A stretch of DNA of 64,000 nucleotides from positions 167,939 through 231,938 of the forward strand of contig CAYRQF010000001.1 of the NCBI GenBank assembly GCA_964426385.1, written 5' to 3'. Shown one piece after another: positions 56,774 to 63,690 of this stretch. The notes under the pieces are model-generated. The model searched no databases, was not told where the DNA came from, and was given only the letters and a program-made list of their open reading frames with translations. The translations under genes and the position numbers were made by a program. Origin of the DNA: an uncultured Candidatus Saccharibacteria bacterium. GTDB taxonomy: Bacteria; Patescibacteriota; Minisyncoccia; Phycocordibacterales; CSBR16-119. Position 1 is the stretch's first letter. The number at the start of each line of letters is the position of its first letter.

Positions 56774-57006
56774 ATGCCAACAACGCAAGTGAAACGACCA
56801 GAAGCAAGGAAGCTTCCGGTGCACGACGCTGGAAGAACGGCAAACGCTTTACCCTGCTCGTCGACGGGAAATGCCCCGCATGCGACATAACCCCGGACAC
56901 TCAGAGCACCGCATTCGCGCTCTTCTGTAAAGAGCATGACCTCCCGCTGAAGAATGATCGCTCGTGCCCGAAATGTAGCGTCGTCCACGACAAGCCCAAA
57001 CCGTGA
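56774..57006 (+). pseudogene. Small zinc-ribbon protein gene, apparently frameshifted (or recoded)
   Basis: ATG 56774 opens a 38-codon frame. The frame one nt upstream encodes ...KRFTLLVDGKCPACDITPDTQSTAFALFCKEHDLPLKNDRSCPKCSVVHDKPKP-stop (C-x2-C ... C-x2-C) but has no in-frame start after the promoter. Confidence 0.4.
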
Positions 57007-57028
57007 CGGTCAATATACGCGCTTCCGA

Positions 57029-57060
57029 GTTCCCCGCCCACAAGGCGGGGAACTTTTTTT
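57029..57060 (+). terminator. Rho-independent terminator (GTTCCCCGC-CCACAAG-GCGGGGAAC plus T7)
   Basis: 9-bp stem followed by TTTTTTT. It resembles the terminator at 56192-56222. Confidence 0.7.
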
Positions 57061-57066
57061 GGCTAA

Positions 57067-57095
57067 TTGACGCGACGTCTCACTTCATCTATCAT
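57067..57095 (+). promoter_or_regulatory. sigma70-like promoter TTGACG-17-TATCAT
   Basis: -35 at 57067-57072 and -10 at 57090-57095, followed by ATG 57115. Confidence 0.55.
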
Positions 57096-57114
57096 CCGAA
57101 CAAACCTCCCCGCC

Positions 57115-57642
57115 ATGAAAACCTGCCACCCGCTCCTTATCACCGCGCTCTGCGTCCTGGTTCACACCACCTCAGCCCAAGTTGAGGTCAAAGTCGAAGT
57201 TACATTACCTGACGAGAACCTCGACACTCTCCGCTCTACTGCTGACTACTTCACCTACTGTGTGAACTATCATCTACAACGGAACTACCCTTCCGATGTC
57301 GAGACACTATCTGTCGACCTATACTGTGACAGTGGTCAGGTAAAGCTCCGGTACTACGCACGACTGCTACCATGCGATCAACCTGATGCTGAGTTCAACT
57401 TCAACCACACTGGAAGCTTCGCCCTGAAGAAGAAAGCAAAAAGAGCCCAGAGCTTCGCCGAGAGCGGGATGGAGAAGCGAATCATAGAGACCAGGAAACG
57501 GCTAGACTACACGTATGGCAAGTCAGCCAACAAGGTGTCTAAGACCCGCATGATCGTAAAGTACAGTTCTACCGATATCTGCACCGACTACAGATATAGC
57601 GTAGCGGTGACGGAAGCTTTCTTTGCGACCAAGCGATGGTGA
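57115..57642 (+). CDS. Secreted cysteine-containing hypothetical protein (175 aa)
   Basis: The start is placed at ATG 57115 (MKTCHPLLITALCVLVHTTSAQ, a signal peptide). The track ORF starts at TTG 57067, which is the -35 box. Confidence 0.55.
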   Translation: MKTCHPLLITALCVLVHTTSAQVEVKVEVTLPDENLDTLRSTADYFTYCVNYHLQRNYPSDVETLSVDLYCDSGQVKLRYYARLLPCDQPDAEFNFNHTGSFALKKKAKRAQSFAESGMEKRIIETRKRLDYTYGKSANKVSKTRMIVKYSSTDICTDYRYSVAVTEAFFATKRW

Positions 57643-57663
57643 TGCATAGTTCACACGGACGCA

Positions 57664-57699
57664 GAAGCCCCCGCCGATCAGGCGGGGGCTTCTTCTTTT
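57664..57699 (+). terminator. Rho-independent terminator (GAAGCCCCCGCC-GATCA-GGCGGGGGCTTC plus T-tract)
   Basis: Perfect 12-bp stem followed by TTCTTTT. It abuts the stop of the convergent methyltransferase gene. Confidence 0.7.
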
Positions 57700-58441
57700 A
57701 TACAGGAGTTATGAGAAAGGATTTTGATTTGCGATTATATGAACTGATTTCCTCTACCTTTAACTGCGGATTGGCTTCCACGAACTCGTTGAAAGACTCG
57801 TATTCGCCCACCCCCTTGATATCGAGATCGTTCAGCTTCCAATCATCGAGACAGATAATCATCGTGGACTTGATGAGCGGGGCGATGAAGTCGAGCACAG
57901 ACTTCGATGAACTGTATGTATCGCAGTCGATGAAAACTATACCGATGTTTTCGAAGTTATATTGCGCGACCGTTTGCGCGTTCAATGTGTCCTTGTACCA
58001 GCCTCGGACCCAATTGATCTCCCTAGGATCAACGTTTCTCCTCCCGAGACACCTATTCATATCTTCGAACGAACATGTATAGAATCCCTGCTTCCACACT
58101 CCTTCGTCCTCATTCTCTGAGCCAGCAGGCAAACCCTCAAACGCGTCGAATCCAAATATACGAGTGACAACACGACTCTCCTTACAGGCGTGATAGAAGC
58201 TCGCGACCGAGGCACCGTTGAAAACTCCGAACTCGAGATAGTCACCGATCTTTTCACCCTTGAGTTTCTGCAGCTTCCTAATCGCCCTCTCGAAGAAGCT
58301 CTGCAGTCTTTTAGACGGGACGAGATTTACCAGACAGATATCTTTGACCTGACCCATAGTATACGGAGATGTCGGTACAGGAAGAATCCGGCGCCAGATG
58401 CTAAGGATTCTTGTTTTAAACTTGCTGTAACGGAAAGACAT
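57698..58441 (-). CDS. Class I SAM-dependent O-methyltransferase, TylF/MycF (macrocin-O-MT) family-like
   Basis: 247 aa; the LEFGVFNGAS (SAM Gly-rich motif), FDAFEGLP and IDCDTYSS motifs resemble the TylF family. Confidence 0.65.
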   Translation of the reverse strand: MSFRYSKFKTRILSIWRRILPVPTSPYTMGQVKDICLVNLVPSKRLQSFFERAIRKLQKLKGEKIGDYLEFGVFNGASVASFYHACKESRVVTRIFGFDAFEGLPAGSENEDEGVWKQGFYTCSFEDMNRCLGRRNVDPREINWVRGWYKDTLNAQTVAQYNFENIGIVFIDCDTYSSSKSVLDFIAPLIKSTMIICLDDWKLNDLDIKGVGEYESFNEFVEANPQLKVEEISSYNRKSKSFLITPV

Positions 58442-58445
58442 GCGA

Positions 58446-58823
58446 CTAAGAACTCACGATGACACTGAACCCGCCATACGCCATACGATTCATATCAAAA
58501 GGCATCGGTTTGTTCGCATACTTCGGATCATTCATCGTCGGATCCTTCATGACTTTCGCATTGACCGCATCTCTATGAGCTCGCGACTTGAAAAGAATAT
58601 ATGAGAACACCACGAGCTCTCCTGGCTTGGCGTTCGCCATTTTACCAAAAGGCATCAGTACATGTTTCGGTTTCGGATCTTCGATAACACACTCTTTGTA
58701 ATCGAGTGCTCCGTGCTTCATCCAGAGTTTGCTTCCCATCGTCGCCATCTCTTTATAATCCGCAAGCTTCTTCTTAGATACAACCATCACAAAACCGTCG
58801 ACATAATTACCTATATTTTTCAT
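58446..58823 (-). CDS. DUF1428 (YbaA-like) domain protein
   Basis: 125 aa; ...YVDGFVMVV...GALDYKECV...VVFSYILFKSRAHRDAVNAKVMKDP...GGFSVIV fits the DUF1428 pattern. Confidence 0.7.
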   Translation of the reverse strand: MKNIGNYVDGFVMVVSKKKLADYKEMATMGSKLWMKHGALDYKECVIEDPKPKHVLMPFGKMANAKPGELVVFSYILFKSRAHRDAVNAKVMKDPTMNDPKYANKPMPFDMNRMAYGGFSVIVSS

Positions 58824-58938
58824 CCCATTAGAGATAGCAAATTATTAATTTGCACAGCTCGTTTATAATTTGTAATTAAACTTCTAACATCCATTTACCT
58901 AACCCTGTGATCTTATAAACTTCCTGATCTCTAACGGG
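58824..58938 (-). promoter_or_regulatory. Structured leader/regulatory element, copy 2
   Basis: CCCATTAGAGAT (58824-58835) and ATCTCTAACGGG (58927-58938), with the palindrome GCAAATTATTAATTTGC at 58837-58853. The one mismatch in the terminal repeat becomes a G-U pair in the minus-strand transcript. Confidence 0.6.
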
Positions 58939-59002
58939 ACAAGTATAGACACTCAACTTAATAATATGATCTATTTTACCACTTTCTCCATGCTGAAGAA
59001 AT

Positions 59003-59036
59003 AACAAAGCCTCAGTCTCACGACTGAGGCTTTGTT
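59003..59036 (-). terminator. Rho-independent terminator (perfect 15-bp stem)
   Basis: AACAAAGCCTCAGTC TCAC GACTGAGGCTTTGTT. On the minus strand an ATTTCTT run follows. It lies downstream of the gene at 59045-59401. Confidence 0.65.
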
Positions 59037-59044
59037 ATTCGATA

Positions 59045-59401
59045 TCAGGACCCTTTGGGTTTTTTCCACTGACCCGTCATGTCGTCAAAATCGGCGAGAG
59101 TGTCTCCCGAATCTGGCATGTCGTCTTTGTAATAGACAACCTCAATGACCGTCACCGCGCCATTATTACTATATCTCTTGCTGTTTGTTATGGGGTATAT
59201 ACCTTTTCTTTTATATACATACTCATTGAAATCTCCGGTAATCCCGTTTTCCTTTTTAACCTCAAGTAGATATATTCCCTTGTCATCTGCTAGTTCACGC
59301 ACGAATTGAGCATTCTCAACAAAGGTACTTATCTTTTCTAGTATCTCTTCTTTGGTAAGAATCCTTTCCCGAGCTGCTTCAAATTTGAAACCCTCACCCA
59401 T
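59045..59401 (-). CDS. Hypothetical protein (118 aa)
   Basis: ORF with a downstream terminator; no recognisable motif. Confidence 0.5.
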   Translation of the reverse strand: MGEGFKFEAARERILTKEEILEKISTFVENAQFVRELADDKGIYLLEVKKENGITGDFNEYVYKRKGIYPITNSKRYSNNGAVTVIEVVYYKDDMPDSGDTLADFDDMTGQWKKPKGS

Positions 59402-59402
59402 A

Positions 59403-60005
59403 TTATTTACCAGAATTCAATATTCTGTGTAGCCACATACCGAGCACTCCTCCAACTACAGGACCTACCAGGTAGGCAACGCCCCAGATTTTTACTCCGA
59501 CTGCCACAGCTGGGTTTAGGATTCCGTATGACCCAAGTCCACCAGCAATATATGAACCAACCATCAGTGATCCACCAACGAGTAGTGCTGTTACTGCCTG
59601 ACCCTTACTTGATGAAGACATTGCTCCTGCCACACCGAATGCAAACACTGTCATACCGATAATTTCTGCTACGAGAGTAGCGACAGAAAAATCTGTTACG
59701 AAAGCCGGCATAACATGACCAAACCCGAGAGATATACCATACGCAACCAACCCTCCGAGTAGCTGAGCTACTATATAAAACAGTGCATCTTTCTTTGAGA
59801 TTCGTCCGACTGACAACGCACCAAGAGTAATACCTGGGTTAACATGAGCACCGCTTACAGCGCCAATCATTAGAACGATAACAGCCAGAGTGATACCCAC
59901 GAGTACTGCCGTCGGCCAACCCGCTGCCGTAAATATAGAGGCGATGACGATAAGCGACAAAACAAGTGTCCCAAAAAACTCTGCGAAATATTTCTTCATC
60001 ATCAT
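59403..60005 (-). CDS. MIP/aquaporin family channel
   Basis: 200 aa with six hydrophobic helices; the first half-helix motif is SGAHVNPGIT (NPA-like) and the second is NPAVAVG. Confidence 0.85.
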   Translation of the reverse strand: MMMKKYFAEFFGTLVLSLIVIASIFTAAGWPTAVLVGITLAVIVLMIGAVSGAHVNPGITLGALSVGRISKKDALFYIVAQLLGGLVAYGISLGFGHVMPAFVTDFSVATLVAEIIGMTVFAFGVAGAMSSSSKGQAVTALLVGGSLMVGSYIAGGLGSYGILNPAVAVGVKIWGVAYLVGPVVGGVLGMWLHRILNSGK

Positions 60006-60133
60006 GTGAATTATCCAACTAATTTTAATGGCTATATTATAGCACCCCTAAGCCGAAGAATGACTCACTTACAATATAGATGTGGAGAAAATCGACCCAC
60101 TATGGAGGGACTCCAGCGAAAGCCTACTGCTGA

Positions 60134-61825
60134 CTAGATGCCCTCGGCTTTCTTCTTGGAAAGCTCAGCGAAAATTCCTGTTCCTCTGACGAGGCCAAGT
60201 GGAGTAAGCACCTCATCTCGGTAATGTTCCTGGAATCTTATTAGGGCACCCTCTGTTCTAGAAGAGAAAAAAATTGTTTCATTACCAGGTGAACCATACC
60301 CCGATTCACCCAGAAGAAATCCTTCACAGTTTAAAAACTTCTGTAGACTTCTAACATCTTCGCCCTGCACACCGAGTTTCAAAACTCTCTGCGGTATCTC
60401 TAGCCCACATTTACCAACTTCAGATTTATCGGATTCGGTGTTCGCCACACTTTGGTTTTCTTTTTTTAATAAATTTATGACTGGCGATGTATTCCTATTG
60501 GCAAGATTTCTAGTCCTGGCCGACACAGTAGTCCCCGTAGAGGTATTTGATACTGGTGGCAACAAAGCAAACTCGGCGCTCACTGAAATATTCGCAGAAA
60601 CATTTATATCGGTTCTCGGATTTTGAACAGAAGCGTCTGACCACTGCACGAATTCATATCCATTATCTGGTACAGCCGTTACAGCTGTACCGTTATCGCC
60701 ATCGAGCACGGTCTGAGAACTTGTTCCTACTAGCACCCCACCTATTCCCGCCACATATTCTAGATCATAAGTCACAGCCTCATCAGTAGTAAAAGTTAGC
60801 TCCGCACCATAACTTGTCCCTTCTGAATTTGTTGCATACGCCCGAATATAGTAATCGGTTTCTGGAGAAAGCCCGGTGACAGAACTTACAAACACCCCTG
60901 TTCCGGTGCCGTCTAATGTACAATCATCGCTAGTTGTTGCCGGAGAAACGACACTCCAGCAGACACCCCTGGTGGTAACTTCAGCACCTTGGTCATCCGT
61001 CACATTTCCGCCTGTACTTGCTGTATTTGCTGTCACGCCAGTGACGCTCTCTGTTGAAACGATCGGAGCACCTTCTTCTACAAACACAGCACCACCCTCA
61101 AGCTCAATTAAAAAATCATCTATTTTTTCCATCCGTGAACCCGCTGCTGCAAAAAATCCGTGAATTATACTGGCACCCCCTAGGTCAGCATTAACCACTC
61201 CGTCCAATGTCTTCTCTGTTTTCATTGAGCCCAGAACCCCGCTCGCATCAGAATTCCAGATTTGAAATACTAAATCATAGGTATTGTTACCTTGCGCCGA
61301 AACCTCAAAGATCATTTTATACCAGTTCCCGAGGACCAAATCTGGTGGCCAAGACACGTCTGTATACACTCTATTATTAACAAATGAGCCACCCCCTCCA
61401 TGAAATGACATTCCGATACCCTTGAGCGGATGCCCTGTGAAGTCACCTGAGTTTGTATCTGAGTTAGAAAATCCTAATCCTCCATAACCACCGTTTTGCT
61501 GGATTTTGAAATATGCGCTAAACGTATACACGTCACCAGCACCAGCAACACTATAGCCCTGCTTCGTAGTCCAAATATCAGTTGTACCCAGTGGAACATT
61601 TATTGAGCCAGTGTTCCCTATCCCCCCTGTTGCCATATTAGTAAATTGGGCCGACCCATCAGAATTAAAAAAATCTGTCAGGTCTGTCGTATCATTAAAA
61701 TCAACGAGATTGGTAATGAGCGCATGCGCATTACTTGGTACACAAAAAGAGGCGGTAAAAATAACTCCGGCGAAGAAGAACCAAATAAGCTGAATGATTT
61801 TTAATTTGTAGTTATTAGAACTCAT
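60134..61825 (-). CDS. Secreted lectin/LamG-like plus Ig/FN3-like protein with a C-terminal peptidoglycan-binding (PG_binding_1) domain
   Basis: 563 aa with a signal peptide and Gly/Thr-rich beta domains. The C-terminal ...VRSLQKFLNCEGFLLGESGYGSPGNETIFFSSRTEGALIRFQEHY... resembles PG_binding_1. Confidence 0.7.
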   Translation of the reverse strand: MSSNNYKLKIIQLIWFFFAGVIFTASFCVPSNAHALITNLVDFNDTTDLTDFFNSDGSAQFTNMATGGIGNTGSINVPLGTTDIWTTKQGYSVAGAGDVYTFSAYFKIQQNGGYGGLGFSNSDTNSGDFTGHPLKGIGMSFHGGGGSFVNNRVYTDVSWPPDLVLGNWYKMIFEVSAQGNNTYDLVFQIWNSDASGVLGSMKTEKTLDGVVNADLGGASIIHGFFAAAGSRMEKIDDFLIELEGGAVFVEEGAPIVSTESVTGVTANTASTGGNVTDDQGAEVTTRGVCWSVVSPATTSDDCTLDGTGTGVFVSSVTGLSPETDYYIRAYATNSEGTSYGAELTFTTDEAVTYDLEYVAGIGGVLVGTSSQTVLDGDNGTAVTAVPDNGYEFVQWSDASVQNPRTDINVSANISVSAEFALLPPVSNTSTGTTVSARTRNLANRNTSPVINLLKKENQSVANTESDKSEVGKCGLEIPQRVLKLGVQGEDVRSLQKFLNCEGFLLGESGYGSPGNETIFFSSRTEGALIRFQEHYRDEVLTPLGLVRGTGIFAELSKKKAEGI

Positions 61826-61866
61826 ACTGGTATGACTCGTAAATTATACCAAGAATAATAATTTAC

Positions 61867-61903
61867 TCCAGACAAATTCTCATAGCTGCGGGACTAGGGC
61901 TCG
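61867..61903. repeat. 37-bp direct repeat, copy A (duplicated tRNA-Gln 3' end plus 18-bp flank)
   Basis: TCCAGACAAATTCTCATAGCTGCGGGACTAGGGCTCG is identical to 62054-62090. The two copies flank a GC-rich 146-bp segment. Confidence 0.8.
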
Positions 61904-62053
61904 GTCACAAATCACTAAGTCTTTTATTTCGCTCTGCTCATAAAATCCAAAGTGTTCGCGACCCCGCCTCGGCACTCCACCCTGCTTTAGCAGGCGTGCC
62001 TGCGGCCTTCTCGCCCTCAGACGACACCGCAATGCAAATTTGCCATGGAAGAA

Positions 62054-62090
62054 TCCAGACAAATTCTCATAGCTGCGGGACTAGGGCTCG
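62054..62090. repeat. 37-bp direct repeat, copy B (overlaps the genuine tRNA-Gln 3' end)
   Basis: Identical to 61867-61903. Confidence 0.8.
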
Positions 62091-62143
62091 AACCTAGATA
62101 CCCAGGACCAAAACCTGGTGTCCTACCATTAGACGATCCCGCA
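62073..62143 (-). tRNA. tRNA-Gln (anticodon UUG)
   Basis: On the minus strand: TGCGGGA TC GTCT AATGGTA GGAC A CCAGG TTTTGGT CCTGG GTAT CTAGG TTCGAGC CCTAG TCCCGCA G. The 7-bp acceptor, 5-bp anticodon stem and T arm all pair. Confidence 0.8.
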
Positions 62144-62145
62144 AT

Positions 62146-62180
62146 ATATCAGCTTCTAGTGGCTAGCTTCTAGCTTCTAG
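62146..62180 (-). repeat. CTAGAAG-family heptamer repeats immediately upstream of tRNA-Gln
   Basis: Plus-strand CAGCTTCTAGTGGCTAGCTTCTAGCTTCTAGTAAAAC. In the tRNA sense this reads CTAGAAG CTAGAAG CTAGCCA CTAGAAG CTGATATA followed by the tRNA. Confidence 0.6.
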
Positions 62181-62269
62181 TAAAACTAATGACGTCATTT
62201 TGCCTCAAAATAGAGCTTAAATCAAGGAAGTGATAAAATAAAACTACCTTAAAAATTAACCAAATATTT

Positions 62270-62470
62270 ATGTCAAAAACATTTGCTTGGATATTAGTCA
62301 TCCTTATCATCGCTTTTGGAATCTGGAAATTCAAAACTTCTGACAAAGTCCTCATTCAACCCGACGAGAATGTTGCCTGTACCATGGAGGCCAAGCTCTG
62401 CCCTGACGGAAGCTCTGTCGGACGCCAAGGCCCAAACTGTGAATTCTCTGCCTGCCCTGGTCCTCAATAA
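62270..62470 (+). CDS. Small secreted/membrane-anchored protein with four Cys (66 aa)
   Basis: N-terminal anchor (FAWILVILIIAFGIW), then CTMEAKLCPDG...CEFSACPGPQ. Confidence 0.5.
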   Translation: MSKTFAWILVILIIAFGIWKFKTSDKVLIQPDENVACTMEAKLCPDGSSVGRQGPNCEFSACPGPQ

Positions 62471-62538
62471 GATCTCGTTATACAAGTCTCGAGTTCAAAA
62501 CTCTGCTAACACTCGATTAAAAGTGCTAGAATTGAACC

Positions 62539-62802
62539 ATGACAGAAAAGAAATGGTTCAAACGCAAACTCTACGGCTATGGTTGGACTCCCTCATCAGG
62601 AGAGGGTTGGCTCGTACTCGTTCTATATATAGTTTTCAATATAAAGAATTTTCTCGAAATAGAGAGTGTGTCCCGTACTATAAATATCGCCATCACAAGC
62701 TTCACTCCAACTTTTCTATTATCAACCGCTCTCCTCATCTGTATCTGTATCCGATACGGAGAGAAACCTCGCTGGCAGTGGGGTAAGAGAATCGAAGACT
62801 AG
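62539..62802 (+). CDS. Small hypothetical membrane protein (87 aa)
   Basis: Two hydrophobic segments; immediately upstream of the EamA gene. Confidence 0.45.
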   Translation: MTEKKWFKRKLYGYGWTPSSGEGWLVLVLYIVFNIKNFLEIESVSRTINIAITSFTPTFLLSTALLICICIRYGEKPRWQWGKRIED

Positions 62803-62805
62803 TAT

Positions 62806-63672
62806 ATGTCTACCGGAATACTGTTCGCCATAGTCGCGATGCTCTGCTGGGGCTTCGGGGACTTCTTCATCCAACGCTCAACTAGGAAAATCGGTGACTT
62901 CGAAACACTTTTCCTCATCACATTCTTCGGGAGTCTCGTACTTCTACCATTCGTCTGGTCTGATATCGGGGCACTGTTCTCTGAACTTCAAAGTGGTCTC
63001 GCTATACTACTCGCCGGTGCGGTTATCCTATTCGTGGCGGCGCTACTCGAATTCGAGGCACTAAAACGTGGCAAGATATCCGTTATCGAGCCGACGTGGT
63101 CTCTCGAGATTCCGATGGCCGGAATACTCGCCCTCATCATCCTCGGAGAGACTCTGACTGGTTATCAGACCCTTCTCATCACACTACTAATAGTCGGACT
63201 GTTTCTCGTATCTTTCCGTGGGCGAGCGTTCTCCTCGAGCTTCCTGCTCGAAAAAGGTGTAGCGCTCTCCATCGTGGCAGCCCTCGTCATGGGTAGCGCC
63301 AATTTCTTCGTCGGCTGGGGTGCGCGCGAGACCGACCCCCTACTTGTTAATTTCGCTGTATCTTTCCTCGCCATGCTCGGTGCGGGTGTGTTCCTCCTTA
63401 TCAAGGGTAGATTGTTCACGACGTTTCAACACCTGAGGGAAAGTCCTAAAACTCTGATACCCATGATTACACTCGACAACATCGCTTGGGTTGCATTTGC
63501 CTATGGTATGACGCTGGCCCCTATAGGTATAACTGTAGCTCTGTCAGAGAGCTATATACTCATCGCCGTAATGCTCGGCTTCGTCGTCGGACATGAGCGG
63601 TTAGAGCGTCACCAATACCTCGGACTCTCTCTCGCCGTAGTATCAGCAGTTGCACTCGCTGCGTTCTCCTAA
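62806..63672 (+). CDS. EamA/DMT-superfamily transporter
   Basis: 288 aa with 10 predicted TM helices arranged as two EamA-like repeats. Confidence 0.8.
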   Translation: MSTGILFAIVAMLCWGFGDFFIQRSTRKIGDFETLFLITFFGSLVLLPFVWSDIGALFSELQSGLAILLAGAVILFVAALLEFEALKRGKISVIEPTWSLEIPMAGILALIILGETLTGYQTLLITLLIVGLFLVSFRGRAFSSSFLLEKGVALSIVAALVMGSANFFVGWGARETDPLLVNFAVSFLAMLGAGVFLLIKGRLFTTFQHLRESPKTLIPMITLDNIAWVAFAYGMTLAPIGITVALSESYILIAVMLGFVVGHERLERHQYLGLSLAVVSAVALAAFS

Positions 63673-63690
63673 GGATGTTAAAATATTGAT

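Noticed and set aside
56683-57043. 101-aa and 64-aa minus-strand ORFs across the zinc-ribbon cassette
   Set aside because: They are antisense to a plus-strand unit that has its own promoter and terminator, and they run through the plus-strand terminators.
61880-62062. 60-aa Arg-rich ORF within the GC-rich insert next to tRNA-Gln
   Set aside because: It lies entirely in the 146-bp repeat-flanked GC-rich segment and is low-complexity with no promoter context, so it is most likely non-coding.
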